Assembly (NCBI GenBank): GCA_028280285.1
Contig: JANQMA010000042.1
Coordinates: forward strand, 3,572 to 67,571
Direction of reading: 5' to 3'
DNA length: 64,000 bases
From: Candidatus Omnitrophota bacterium
GTDB lineage: Bacteria; Omnitrophota; Gorgyraeia; Zapsychrales; Zapsychraceae
Shown here in pieces: positions 28,588-39,017 of the stretch; position 1 is the first letter of the stretch, and each line of letters opens with the position of its first letter. Position numbers and translations under genes: made by a program. The notes beneath the pieces are model-generated. The model ran no database searches. It saw nothing but the letters and a program-made list of their open reading frames with translations, and had not been told where the DNA came from.

Positions 28588-29709
28588 ATGAAAATTCTAT
28601 GTATATTTTCAAAGGTATTAGGTGGTAAGACCGTTTCAGCGTATTTCCAAAATATTTTGGATAATATGACCGGTGTTAAACCAACCTATTTTTTTCTGGA
28701 GCCTGGAGATTATAGCAAATACAAGGTATCATCCATTAGCAAAGTGTTGGGCAGTACGGCTGAGACGCTGAGTGTGTTTAAACAAAAATGGCGTGCAGAA
28801 GGCATTGATACCAGCGGTTATGATGCGCTTTTCTTTCAAAGCTATGAACTGACTGCTCTTTTTCGAAAAGAAATTCAATCAATGCCTACTCTGATGCGTG
28901 TGGATACAACGCCGGTGTTGGCTCAAGGGTTAGTGCGTCAGGAGACTGATTCATTGTTTAAAAAATTGAGATCTCATGTGGCCCAGGTTTGGATGAATAG
29001 TGTTTACGGAAATATTTTCACACATATCGATCATATTTTAACCGCCACAGAGTGGGCAAAATCGTCTTTTGTTAGAGATTACAAAATTAATCCTGAAGCT
29101 GTTACTGTGTCTTATCCGGCGAGGGATTTGGATATTTGGAAGCCGCTTGCTAATAAGCCGGTTAACGGGCCTAAGGTACTTTTATTTGTCGGTAATGATT
29201 TTAAGCGTAAAGGAGGCGAATTTTTAATTAAACTTTATCAAAAGCATTTAAAAGGAAGATATAAATTGAGGATTATATCCAATGATGCCATGCTTACTAA
29301 GTTTGAGCAGATAGAAGGTGTTGAGATTCTGCGGGGGATAGGGCACCAGGATTTAGGGCATTTTATCAAACAATATCAAACAGCCGATGCCTTTATTTTT
29401 CCAACATTAAGAGAACAATTAGGCATAGTCTTAACCGAGGCATTATCAGCCGGCCTGCCTGTTGTGGCACGTAATGTTGGTGGGGCGGGGGATGTGGTAA
29501 AAAACGATTATAATGGCTATTTGCTTGATTATGAGGCAGACATAGATCAATGGGCGCGGGTGATCGATGCTGTATGTGAAAATGAGCAAAAACACCAGGA
29601 AATGTCAAAAAATAGCAGAAAATTGGCAGAGCAGATGTTTAATCGCAAAACTAATGCTGAAAATATTTGTCGGATAGTGTATTCTTTAGCAGGATACAAA
29701 GATGATTAA
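28588..29709 (+). CDS. Family-4 glycosyltransferase
   Basis: FPTLREQLGIVLTEALSAGLPVVARNVGG...GYLL. Confidence 0.65.
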   Translation: MKILCIFSKVLGGKTVSAYFQNILDNMTGVKPTYFFLEPGDYSKYKVSSISKVLGSTAETLSVFKQKWRAEGIDTSGYDALFFQSYELTALFRKEIQSMPTLMRVDTTPVLAQGLVRQETDSLFKKLRSHVAQVWMNSVYGNIFTHIDHILTATEWAKSSFVRDYKINPEAVTVSYPARDLDIWKPLANKPVNGPKVLLFVGNDFKRKGGEFLIKLYQKHLKGRYKLRIISNDAMLTKFEQIEGVEILRGIGHQDLGHFIKQYQTADAFIFPTLREQLGIVLTEALSAGLPVVARNVGGAGDVVKNDYNGYLLDYEADIDQWARVIDAVCENEQKHQEMSKNSRKLAEQMFNRKTNAENICRIVYSLAGYKDD

Positions 29710-30493
29710 AGAAGGTCTGAAAAATTTGTTATGGCTTCTGCCTTATGAGATAAGGCGTTCGATAAGTATTCTTAAGAATTACGAATACTACCAGCTTTTA
29801 CAAACAAGACGTAAAACAGTTTACGCGGAAGGGTATTCCCTTAAAGGTTTTGATGAAAATAAGTGCATTTTTATTCATATCCCTAAAACGGCAGGCATAT
29901 CTTTATGTCAAAGTTTGTTTGGTAATTTTGGTCCCGGTCATTTAAATATTCAAACCTATCAACTCATATATAATAGAAATGAATTTGACAAATATTTTAA
30001 ATTTACTTTTGTAAGAAACCCATGGGATAGAGTTGTTTCTGCCTATTATTTTCTTAAAAAAGGTGGGCGGAGTGCTGCAGATCAAAAATGGGCAGATGAA
30101 AATTTAGCGCAATACAAAGACTTTGAGTCTTTTATCCTGGGTTGGCTTAATGCTGAAAATATTGATACATTTGCGCATTTTGTTCCTCAATACAAATATC
30201 TATGCAGTCCTTTAAGCAAGCATCCTATTGTAGATTTTCTTGGTTATTATGAGCATTTAGCGAGTGATTTTAAATACATATGCAATAAGATTGGAATTAA
30301 AGTTGACCTGCAAGAGTTGAATACTACCAAAAATGATCGGCGAGATTACAAAAATTATTATACAAATGAGACGAAACAGATTGTTGAAAAATTATACAAA
30401 AATGACATTGAGTTATTTGGTTACACATTTGATAATGCGTCACTACCGAGCCAACTAGCAAAGCGGGATAAGTTATATGTGGATAGAAATTAA
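29702..30493 (+). CDS. Sulfotransferase (Sulfotransfer_2/3-like, PAPS-dependent)
   Basis: 5'-PSB motif IFIHIPKTAGISL and 3'-PB motif FTFVRNPWDRVVSAYYF. Confidence 0.65.
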   Translation: MIKEGLKNLLWLLPYEIRRSISILKNYEYYQLLQTRRKTVYAEGYSLKGFDENKCIFIHIPKTAGISLCQSLFGNFGPGHLNIQTYQLIYNRNEFDKYFKFTFVRNPWDRVVSAYYFLKKGGRSAADQKWADENLAQYKDFESFILGWLNAENIDTFAHFVPQYKYLCSPLSKHPIVDFLGYYEHLASDFKYICNKIGIKVDLQELNTTKNDRRDYKNYYTNETKQIVEKLYKNDIELFGYTFDNASLPSQLAKRDKLYVDRN

Positions 30494-33359
30494 GCGCATC
30501 ATACAAGTTTTATTAGTCGGAGCCGTTGTTTGTTTTGCGACAAACGCTTCTGCCCAAGGGTCGCAAAAAGCTGTTATTCAGTTTACGGTTAACGGAAAAA
30601 GTGATCCGCGCATCTTAAATACGGGTAATCCTATTACATTGTACCGTGTTGAAAATTCTAAAAGGGTCTCAACAGGTATAAAATCTCCGATTTCACCTAA
30701 ATCGTCTGTTGAATTTGATTTACCGGATACAAAAAGCAAATACCTGCTGCAATTTTCCATTGCGGGAAGTAGTACACCCGTATTCAGTAAGCCTATTCAG
30801 CCCGGGTTTCAAAAACTTGATTTGCCCATTGCGCATATTAAATTACAGGGTGATCAATCTACTCTGAGTGAATATGTGAATAAAAACGTCTATCTATTTA
30901 CCAAAGATAGCGGTAAGTACAAAAATTTATGGCAGAAATCTAAAATATTTAAGACGGGTGAGTTTTTTATTTATCTTCCCGGTGATGCTGATTATGTAGC
31001 AGGGGTTGAGCTTAAACACCGCCAATACCTGTATTCCGGGCCGCTTAAGGCCGGGGTTCAAAAGTGGGATCCTAAGGCAAACCGTCCTCCTGTGATCAAT
31101 ATTATTGAAAAACAGACTATTCATGCTGATGATAAGGTTAACATTAAATTAACCGCATCTGATATAGATAAAGACACACTTGAGCTGAAACTTTTACAAG
31201 CCCCGGACTTTGTTTTACTCAGGGATTGGCATGATAACGCAGGCTCTTTAGTTTTTCAACCAAAGGTCAAGGATAAGGGTAAATTTGAAATAATATATGG
31301 GGTTTCTGATGGAGAGCATTTAACAAAACATAGTTTTGAGCTTGTTGTTAGGGGGGCTCAAAATACAATCGCTGAAACGATTAATGATACTTTTTCCAAT
31401 ATTGTTGGCAAGAAAGAAAAGCATGGTCCGGCAATTTCAGCGATATGGGTTAATAATGGAGAAGACAAGGTAACACAAGATGAACTACGCAAATCAAAAG
31501 GGTATGATGTTACGAGTAGTGTGTGGGATGGCACAAACATTAAATTATTCGGCGCGCGTAATGAAATGGTTAATTTTAATCTTATTATCGAGGCCGCTAA
31601 GCACGATGCTGAAGAGGTTAGTGTTGAGCTTGATGGTTTAATTGGACCGGAAGGATTTGTTATTTCATCACGTCAAGCTAATAAAGATGACCCGTTTGAT
31701 TTTATTAATCGTAATATCGAATTATTTTTTGTCCGCTATCTACAAATTCTGGGTGTCAGCCAACTGGCGTATAATCCGCAGTACGATGAGCGGCATGTGC
31801 CGGCAAAATTACGGCTTCCTTTTTCCAGTAAAAATGGGAAGTCCAGAGGGAAATGGGAAAATAGGCCTAACGCCAATAAGTATTATCCCGATATTGCTGT
31901 TCCTTTAGAGGTGATAGGAAGTTTTCCTATTGCGGCCAAATCTAATCAAAGTATTTGGGCGGATATTTACATTCCGCGCAATGCGCCTGCAGGTACTTAT
32001 CACGGGACGGTTAAAGTATTTGAGTCCAATAAGCAATTTAAAGAAATTCCTCTTGCGCTTAAGGTCATTGATTTTACACTACCGGATGAATCGACAGCCA
32101 AAACAATGGTTTATTTTAATGAAGAAAATCTCAATGACAGATATTTTGGAAAAAAGTGGCCGATATTTGATCAAGAGCCGCTTGTACGCCAAAAACAAAT
32201 GGCCCAGGTTTGGTATAATCATCATAAGGTTGCCCATAGGCATAAGATTTCTTTAATTGATGATGGCAAGTCAATCAATCCCGGACGTATAGGTGATCAC
32301 CTGCCGTGGGGTAATGCAAAATGGATGCCGGTACTAAACGGGGAGCTTTTTACCGATCAGTATGGTTATCAAGGTCCCGGGGAAGGTGTGTCGAGTGGTG
32401 TTTACTCGATCGGAACATACGGAGGATGGAAAAGAGGCTGGGATGAAGAAAATAAAGAAGATCTGTGGAAAAAGTCTGACCTTTGGGTAACATGGTTTGA
32501 TGAGGTTTTTCCGAATGTGGAATATTTTCTCTATTTACTGGATGAGCCCAAAAGAGGCGCTTATGAAAAAGTTGAGCGTTGGGCTCGTTGGATTGATGAG
32601 AATCCTGGTCCAGGGAGGAGGCTTAAAACTTTAACAACGGGAAAACTGCAAGAAGTCTATTATCACATGCCGTCGGTTGATATTGCTTTTACATGGTGGG
32701 GTGATAAAGAAAAATATGCGCCTATTGTTATGGATTATTTAAAGAGCGGTAAGCCGTACTGGGCCTATAATGGGCACCGTCCGTGGGCGGGCAGTTATGC
32801 GATTGAAGATGAAGGTGTTGCTATGCGGACATGGGGATGGATTCAGTTTAAACATACAGTGGCCCGTTGGTTTTATTGGCAGGCAACGCATTACAAAAAT
32901 TCTTCCTATATCCGAGAAGAGACAAATGTGTTTGAAACGGCTTGTACATTCGGTCGTTGTAATGATAGTTGGAAAGATAAGTATGGCAAAACCGGGCATA
33001 ATTATAATAACGGGGACGGTGTTTTGTTTTATCCGGGGATTGAAAGGCGCTATCCGCAGGATAGTTATGGACTGTTAGGTCCGATTACTAGTTTGCGCCT
33101 TAAGCATTGGCGACGGGGTATTCAGGACCATGATTATTTAACTATGGCGGCACAATATGACCCTCAAAAAGTGAAGGGTATTGTGCAGCGCATAATCCCT
33201 AAGGTGCTTTGGGAAGTGGGTGTAACTGATCCCAAAGATCCCTCTTATGTGCATGCAGATATTAGTTGGTCGATTAATCCGGATGTATGGGAAAAAGCTC
33301 GACGTGAACTAGCAGAAATTATTATTAAAGGGCAAAGCAAGGATAATAAAAATGGATAA
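30477..33359 (+). CDS. Large secreted multidomain protein of unknown function; cadherin-like Ig domain plus a W/Y-rich C-terminal region that may be glycoside-hydrolase-like
   Basis: Signal peptide ending NASAQG. Ig-like segment [35 protein letters not shown]. The C-terminal region is rich in conserved W/Y/G: [23 protein letters not shown]. Confidence 0.45.
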   Translation: MWIEIKRIIQVLLVGAVVCFATNASAQGSQKAVIQFTVNGKSDPRILNTGNPITLYRVENSKRVSTGIKSPISPKSSVEFDLPDTKSKYLLQFSIAGSSTPVFSKPIQPGFQKLDLPIAHIKLQGDQSTLSEYVNKNVYLFTKDSGKYKNLWQKSKIFKTGEFFIYLPGDADYVAGVELKHRQYLYSGPLKAGVQKWDPKANRPPVINIIEKQTIHADDKVNIKLTASDIDKDTLELKLLQAPDFVLLRDWHDNAGSLVFQPKVKDKGKFEIIYGVSDGEHLTKHSFELVVRGAQNTIAETINDTFSNIVGKKEKHGPAISAIWVNNGEDKVTQDELRKSKGYDVTSSVWDGTNIKLFGARNEMVNFNLIIEAAKHDAEEVSVELDGLIGPEGFVISSRQANKDDPFDFINRNIELFFVRYLQILGVSQLAYNPQYDERHVPAKLRLPFSSKNGKSRGKWENRPNANKYYPDIAVPLEVIGSFPIAAKSNQSIWADIYIPRNAPAGTYHGTVKVFESNKQFKEIPLALKVIDFTLPDESTAKTMVYFNEENLNDRYFGKKWPIFDQEPLVRQKQMAQVWYNHHKVAHRHKISLIDDGKSINPGRIGDHLPWGNAKWMPVLNGELFTDQYGYQGPGEGVSSGVYSIGTYGGWKRGWDEENKEDLWKKSDLWVTWFDEVFPNVEYFLYLLDEPKRGAYEKVERWARWIDENPGPGRRLKTLTTGKLQEVYYHMPSVDIAFTWWGDKEKYAPIVMDYLKSGKPYWAYNGHRPWAGSYAIEDEGVAMRTWGWIQFKHTVARWFYWQATHYKNSSYIREETNVFETACTFGRCNDSWKDKYGKTGHNYNNGDGVLFYPGIERRYPQDSYGLLGPITSLRLKHWRRGIQDHDYLTMAAQYDPQKVKGIVQRIIPKVLWEVGVTDPKDPSYVHADISWSINPDVWEKARRELAEIIIKGQSKDNKNG

Positions 33360-33969
33360 AGAAATACAAAAAAATATCATTCCTCATGATGCAATTATTA
33401 ATAAGAACCATCGACGGAAATTAAATCATCATGGATCAGCGGTATTATGGTTTACAGGATTATCAGGTTCGGGTAAATCTACCATCGCACATAATTTAGA
33501 GTCAGCTTTGTATGAACGTGAAGTAAGAACATATGTTTTGGATGGAGATAATGTGCGTACCGGGCTTAATAAGGGTTTGACTTTTTCTCCCGAGGACCGT
33601 AAAGAAAATATACGCCGTATTGGTGAGGTATCAAAATTATTTATGGATTGTGGAATCTTTTTGCTGACGGCATTCATATCACCCTATAGGGAAGACAGGC
33701 AATTTGTACGGTCCCTGGTTGAGTCAGGAGAGTTTATTGAGATTTATGTTAAGTGTCCAGTTGAGGTGTGCGAAAAACGTGATGTCAAAGGTCTTTATAA
33801 AAAGGCACGTGATGGTGAAATCAAGAATTTTACCGGAATCAGTGCGCCATATGAAGAGCCTGAGTCTGCTGAAATCTTAATCGATTCGGATGCGATGACA
33901 CTTGAAAAAAGTGTGGAAGTGATTATTGAATATCTGGAGCAGAATGGCTACTTGGAAATAAAGGGATAA
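33352..33969 (+). CDS. cysC: Adenylyl-sulfate (APS) kinase
   Basis: P-loop [16 protein letters not shown] and [11 protein letters not shown]. 205 aa. Confidence 0.85.
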   Translation: MDKEIQKNIIPHDAIINKNHRRKLNHHGSAVLWFTGLSGSGKSTIAHNLESALYEREVRTYVLDGDNVRTGLNKGLTFSPEDRKENIRRIGEVSKLFMDCGIFLLTAFISPYREDRQFVRSLVESGEFIEIYVKCPVEVCEKRDVKGLYKKARDGEIKNFTGISAPYEEPESAEILIDSDAMTLEKSVEVIIEYLEQNGYLEIKG

Positions 33970-34032
33970 AGGGATATTGGGTTAAAGGGTTGAGGGAATT
34001 TAAATTCTGTAGCCCTTAAGTCCTATTTTATT

Positions 34033-35148
34033 ATGAATATATTACATTTAAGAAGTAGTGGCGGGATGTTCGGCGCTGAGGGTGTTATTTTAAATCTTTC
34101 GCGTGAACTAAATGAGTTTGGACATAAAAATCATATTGTCTGCCTGCGTAATACCAAAAACCCACACACCGAACTGGTTGATGCGGCACACACCCTGGGT
34201 TTAAATGCTGAGGCTGTAGACTGCAAAGGGCGTATTGATTTTAAGGCGATTAAAGAAATACGTGCGATTATTGATGAGAAAAATATTCAGGTTATTCATT
34301 GTCATGATTATAAAGCAAATATGCACGGCGTTTTGGCGGCACCGGCCAATGTTAAAAAAATAGCGACGAATCATTTATGGACCAGTGAAACAATGCTTCT
34401 ACGGTTATATGAAATCATCGATGGTGTGATGGCCAATAGCTTTCATCGTGTGATCGGGGTATCTGATAAAATTACTATACAAGTAAGGCGGTATTTACTT
34501 GATAAAAAAAGAGCACAGACAATATATAATGGCATTGACCTTGATTACTATAGAAGCGATGGTAAGGCTACAGGAGTGTTGCGTACACAATCGGCCTTGA
34601 CCGATAAGCACTTTGTTTTAGGTGCGGTTGGGCGGTTGTCGGTGCAAAAAGGCTATCCTTATTTATTACAGGCTCTTAAATTATTAAAAGAGGAGTTTCC
34701 TCAATTAAGACTTATTTTTGTGGGTGATGGGGACCAGCGTGAAAAATTACAAGCTGAGGTGAAGCGTCTAGGGCTTGAAAACATGGTTTACTTTGCGGGG
34801 ATACAAAAAAATATGTTGGATGTCTATAGATCGGTTGATGTTTTAACGATGTCATCTATTGCCGAAGGGCTGCCGCTTGTATTGCTTGAGGCCTTGGCTA
34901 TGCGGTTGCCTGTTGTAGCAACAAAAGTTGGTGCTATCGGGAAAGTTATAGATAATCGGGTGACTGGCCTGTTGTGTGAGGCCGCAGATGTAAAGGTCCT
35001 TGCACAACAGATTAGATGTGTTATCCTTGATGAAAATTTACGCCAAACAATCACAGCAAATGGCCGCAAGCTTATGGAAGAAAAGCTGTCCTCAGAGGCC
35101 ATGGCGAGACAATATGAGCAGGTATATAATGAAGTATTGAACAATTAA
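34033..35148 (+). CDS. Family-4 glycosyltransferase
   Basis: MSSIAEGLPLVLLEALAMRLPVVATKVG...GLL. Confidence 0.7.
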   Translation: MNILHLRSSGGMFGAEGVILNLSRELNEFGHKNHIVCLRNTKNPHTELVDAAHTLGLNAEAVDCKGRIDFKAIKEIRAIIDEKNIQVIHCHDYKANMHGVLAAPANVKKIATNHLWTSETMLLRLYEIIDGVMANSFHRVIGVSDKITIQVRRYLLDKKRAQTIYNGIDLDYYRSDGKATGVLRTQSALTDKHFVLGAVGRLSVQKGYPYLLQALKLLKEEFPQLRLIFVGDGDQREKLQAEVKRLGLENMVYFAGIQKNMLDVYRSVDVLTMSSIAEGLPLVLLEALAMRLPVVATKVGAIGKVIDNRVTGLLCEAADVKVLAQQIRCVILDENLRQTITANGRKLMEEKLSSEAMARQYEQVYNEVLNN

Positions 35149-35151
35149 CTT

Positions 35152-35253
35152 GTGTTCAGTGTTCTAGATAGGCAAACCGATGAATGGTGTTCAGTGTTCT
35201 GATAGAGCACTGAACACGAAATTTCTAAATTTGGTAAGAACACAGAACACTAT
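35152..35253. repeat. Intergenic cluster of GTGTTCAGTGTTC / GAACACAGAACAC units (two direct copies plus inverted copies)
   Basis: tgtgttcagtgttc ... ggtgttcagtgttc ... gcactgaacacg ... gaacacagaacac. Confidence 0.6.
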
Positions 35254-35264
35254 TTCTATATATT

Positions 35265-36458
35265 ATGAATATTTTATTCGTTACAAAAGAACTGCCGCAT
35301 CCGGTCAACAATGGCCATCGTATGCGTTCGATCAATATCTTAAAGGGTATTGCCGAAGGTAATACGATCGATATTGTCTGTATGGGGCAAGAAGATCAAA
35401 TGAGTGAGGCAAAAGTGGCATTAAAATCTTATTACCGCAATTTAATCGTTGTGCCGATGCGGCCGGATGATTTGCCCTATAAGCTGTGGACATTGATTAA
35501 AAGCATTTTCAGTTATCGCGCTTATTCTGTGCTACTGCGTCATTGCCAAAAAATGCGTACACTCATAGAAGAGCTTTGTGAGAATAATAATTATGATTGC
35601 ATTGTCAGCGATGGTATTCACATGATGGTTAATATTCCCAATACAGGGACAAAGACTATTTTATCCGAGCATAATATTGAATCGATGATTATTAAACGTT
35701 ATGCAGACGTGGCAACCGGTATTAAAAAATGGTTTGCTGATTTTGAACACCGTAAGATGAGTTCATACGAGGAGCTTACCTGGGCGCGAAGCGACGCTGC
35801 GTTTGTCTGTTCTGAAGATGATAAAAAATATGTGTGTGAGGTTATGCCGAGTGATGAGGTTTTTGTTGTGCCTAATGGAGTAGATGTTGACAATTATGAA
35901 ATCCGTAAAGGTGTAACAAAGGTAGCGAATAGTCTTATTTATACCGGTCTTATGGGATGGGCGCCGAATGAAGATGCTGTGTGTTATTTTGCCGAAGAGA
36001 TTTATCCGCTTATTAAGAAAGAAATACCGGATGCCCGGTTTTCGATTGTCGGGAAAGGGCCGAAGGAGCGTGTCATGGCTTTGGCCAATAAGGATCGGTC
36101 TATTCATGTTACAGGCTTTGTCGATGATATTCAAAAATATATGTGTGAAGCGGATGTATTTGTTGTGCCTATTCGTATCGGAAGCGGGACGAGACTAAAA
36201 ATACTTGAGGCTTTATCCCTTCAAATGACAATTGTTTCTACGTCAATAGGGTGTGAAGGTATAGAAGTTACTAACGGAGAAAATATTCTTATTAAAGACT
36301 CCCCACAGGGATTTGCCGATGCGGTGGTAGATGTTTTTAAAAACAGAGATAAATATAAAGATTTAGGCGTTAACGGACGAAAGCTAGTTGAAAAAAAATA
36401 TAGTTGGACGAAAGTCCGTCAGGATTTAAGTGAATATTTAAGACAATTAAATAATTAA
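35265..36458 (+). CDS. Family-4 glycosyltransferase
   Basis: VPIRIGSGTRLKILEALSLQMTIVSTSIG...ILI. Confidence 0.7.
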   Translation: MNILFVTKELPHPVNNGHRMRSINILKGIAEGNTIDIVCMGQEDQMSEAKVALKSYYRNLIVVPMRPDDLPYKLWTLIKSIFSYRAYSVLLRHCQKMRTLIEELCENNNYDCIVSDGIHMMVNIPNTGTKTILSEHNIESMIIKRYADVATGIKKWFADFEHRKMSSYEELTWARSDAAFVCSEDDKKYVCEVMPSDEVFVVPNGVDVDNYEIRKGVTKVANSLIYTGLMGWAPNEDAVCYFAEEIYPLIKKEIPDARFSIVGKGPKERVMALANKDRSIHVTGFVDDIQKYMCEADVFVVPIRIGSGTRLKILEALSLQMTIVSTSIGCEGIEVTNGENILIKDSPQGFADAVVDVFKNRDKYKDLGVNGRKLVEKKYSWTKVRQDLSEYLRQLNN

Positions 36459-36469
36459 GGAAAAAACTA

Positions 36470-37828
36470 ATGAATATATGTATTGTTGGAACAGGTTATG
36501 TGGGTTTGGTTACAGGGACATGTTTGGCCGATTTTGGTCACACTGTTGTCTGTGTTGATAACAATAAAGAAAAAATTGATATGCTCAACAATGGCGGCAT
36601 TCCTATTTATGAAATCGGTCTTAAGGAACTTATCGATCGTAATGTTAAAGAAAAACGTTTAAGTTTTACAAATGATTTAAAAAAAGCGGTTGAACAGTCG
36701 ATTGCTGTTTTTATTGCCGTAGGGACACCGCCGAAGCAAGATGGTTCGGCTAACCTAGAATATGTTTTTGATGTTGCCCGGGAAGTAGCGCAGCACATTG
36801 ACGGATATAAAGTTGTAGTAACAAAAAGCACTGTGCCTGTTGGGACGGGCAAAAATGTTTATAAGATTATCAGTGAAGAATTGGACAAACGCACATCAGC
36901 TGACTACTTAAAAGACCATCCTGAGGAGTCGGGCAAGAAATTTAGATTTGATGTTGTCTCCAATCCTGAATTTTTGCGTGAGGGTTCAGCCATTGAAGAT
37001 TTTATGCGTCCGGATAGAGTCGTTATTGGATCAGAGTCGGATAGTGCGATCGCGATTATGCAGGATATTTACCGCCCGCTTTATTTATTTGAAACGCCGA
37101 TGGTTATAACGAACATTGAGACATCGGAATTAATTAAATACGCGGCGAATGCGTTTTTAGCGACGAAGATTTCATTTATTAACGAAATGGGACATTTATG
37201 CGAGCGGCTTGGCGGTACGATTGATGATTTGGCTAAAGGGATGGGGCTTGATAAACGGATTGGATCTAAATTTTTACATGTTTCGCCGGGTTATGGGGGC
37301 TCATGTTTCCCTAAGGACACAACGGCGGTTGTTGATATTGCTCGGAATGTCGATTTCGATTTAAAGGTGGTTCAGGCGGCTGTCGAAGCCAATCAGCGCC
37401 AGAAAGAGATGATGGTTGATAAAATTGAAGCGGCAATGGGCGGAAGCCTTGATGGCAAGACCATCGGTATCCTCGGACTTGCGTTTAAACCTAATACTGA
37501 TGATATGCGCGAAGCGGCCAGTATTACTATTATCGAGGGACTGAAGGAAAAAGGCGCTAAGGTGCAGACCTTTGATCCGGTGGCAATGGATGAGGCAAAA
37601 AAATGCATTGGGGACATTGATTATCTGGAAGATGCCTATGCTGTGGCGAAAGATGCTGATGCTATTGTACTTTTGACCGAGTGGAATGAATTTCGCATGC
37701 TTGACTTAGGTAAAATTAAGGAGCTTCTCAAAACTCCTGTTTTTGTGGATTTAAGAAATGTTTATGATGCTGAACGCATGAAGGCTTTAGGATTTGTTTA
37801 TGAATCTTTGGGGCGGGGGAAGATATAA
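36470..37828 (+). CDS. ugd: UDP-glucose 6-dehydrogenase
   Basis: MNICIVGTGYVGLVTG Rossmann motif and catalytic GGSCFPKD. 452 aa. Confidence 0.85.
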   Translation: MNICIVGTGYVGLVTGTCLADFGHTVVCVDNNKEKIDMLNNGGIPIYEIGLKELIDRNVKEKRLSFTNDLKKAVEQSIAVFIAVGTPPKQDGSANLEYVFDVAREVAQHIDGYKVVVTKSTVPVGTGKNVYKIISEELDKRTSADYLKDHPEESGKKFRFDVVSNPEFLREGSAIEDFMRPDRVVIGSESDSAIAIMQDIYRPLYLFETPMVITNIETSELIKYAANAFLATKISFINEMGHLCERLGGTIDDLAKGMGLDKRIGSKFLHVSPGYGGSCFPKDTTAVVDIARNVDFDLKVVQAAVEANQRQKEMMVDKIEAAMGGSLDGKTIGILGLAFKPNTDDMREAASITIIEGLKEKGAKVQTFDPVAMDEAKKCIGDIDYLEDAYAVAKDADAIVLLTEWNEFRMLDLGKIKELLKTPVFVDLRNVYDAERMKALGFVYESLGRGKI

Positions 37829-37836
37829 ATTACGCT

Positions 37837-39012
37837 ATGCCGGTACTTATCAATACATTTTGGACATTACTTGGCCTCATTGTCTATTGTTATTTTGGCT
37901 ATCCATTTTTAGTTAAGGCTTTATCTTATATTGTTGCCAAGCCGGTTGCCAAGGACGATTTCGAACCGGAGGTTTCTATCCTCATTTCTGCTTGGAATGA
38001 AGAAGATGTGATTAAGGGCAAGATTAATAATTTACTTGCGCTTGAGTATCCAAAAGAAAAGCTTGAAATTATCATCGGTGCCGACGGGTGTACCGATAAA
38101 ACGGTTGAGATCATTAACGCTGTAAACGATCCGCGTGTGCGCTGCATTGAATATGATCAGCGTCGGGGAAAGATGACCACACTGAATAAACTAGTTAAAG
38201 AAGCTAAATATGACTATATTGTTTTTACCGATGCTCGTCAGTTTTTTGATAAAAATGCGGTCAGACAACTTTTAGCGAATTTTTCTGATAAAAAAGTCGG
38301 TTGTGTTAGTGGGGAATTGCGTTTTTGGGAAAAAGAGGGCGCAACGGCTAAGGGAGTTAATTTGTATTGGCAATATGAAAAATTTATTCGCGCGCAAGAA
38401 AGTAAGCTTGGTTCGATGCTCGGGGCAACAGGTGCTATTTATGCGATCCGCAAAGAATTATTTAGAGAAATTCCCGAAAATATTGTTTTAGATGATATGT
38501 ATGTGCCTTTTAAAATAATTGAACAAAAATACCGTGCTATTTTTGATGAATCGGCTTTTGTGTATGATGAGGTTGCCGATAATCCAAACGAAGAATACCG
38601 GCGTAAAGCACGGACATTATACGGTAATTATCAGATGTTCGGTCAATTTGCCCATATGTTTAATCCGTTTACCAGCCCTATTGCTATTCAGTATTTTTCA
38701 CATAAACTGCTTAGGGTTTTGGTGCCCATATTTATGATCGTTTTGTTTGTGATTAACTTTTTTATGCTGAGTGAACCTCTTTACTGGATGATGATGGGGT
38801 TGCAAATTTTGTTCTACACAATGGCCGGGCTAGGTGTCTTGGCAAGAGGTAAAAAGCATGTTATCCTTAAAGTCATTTTAAAAATAGTGTACGTGCCTTA
38901 TGTATTTTGTTTATTGAATTTTTCAGCGCTTTCAGGATTGCTGCGATTTCTAAGAGGGCGTCAAGAGGTGACATGGAAAAAAGCGAGAACAGTTAATGCA
39001 AGGAATAGGTAA
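37837..39012 (+). CDS. Membrane-bound family-2 glycosyltransferase (processive/cellulose-synthase-like architecture)
   Basis: N-terminal TM, then SILISAWNEE, GADGCTD, FTDAR and a C-terminal TM bundle. Confidence 0.65.
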   Translation: MPVLINTFWTLLGLIVYCYFGYPFLVKALSYIVAKPVAKDDFEPEVSILISAWNEEDVIKGKINNLLALEYPKEKLEIIIGADGCTDKTVEIINAVNDPRVRCIEYDQRRGKMTTLNKLVKEAKYDYIVFTDARQFFDKNAVRQLLANFSDKKVGCVSGELRFWEKEGATAKGVNLYWQYEKFIRAQESKLGSMLGATGAIYAIRKELFREIPENIVLDDMYVPFKIIEQKYRAIFDESAFVYDEVADNPNEEYRRKARTLYGNYQMFGQFAHMFNPFTSPIAIQYFSHKLLRVLVPIFMIVLFVINFFMLSEPLYWMMMGLQILFYTMAGLGVLARGKKHVILKVILKIVYVPYVFCLLNFSALSGLLRFLRGRQEVTWKKARTVNARNR

Positions 39013-39017
39013 TTTTT

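Noticed and set aside
1372-35253. Whether the tandem-unit hairpins could be a CRISPR array
   Set aside because: The copies are dispersed one per intergenic spacer over 34 kb, not in a regular repeat-spacer array, and there are no cas genes.
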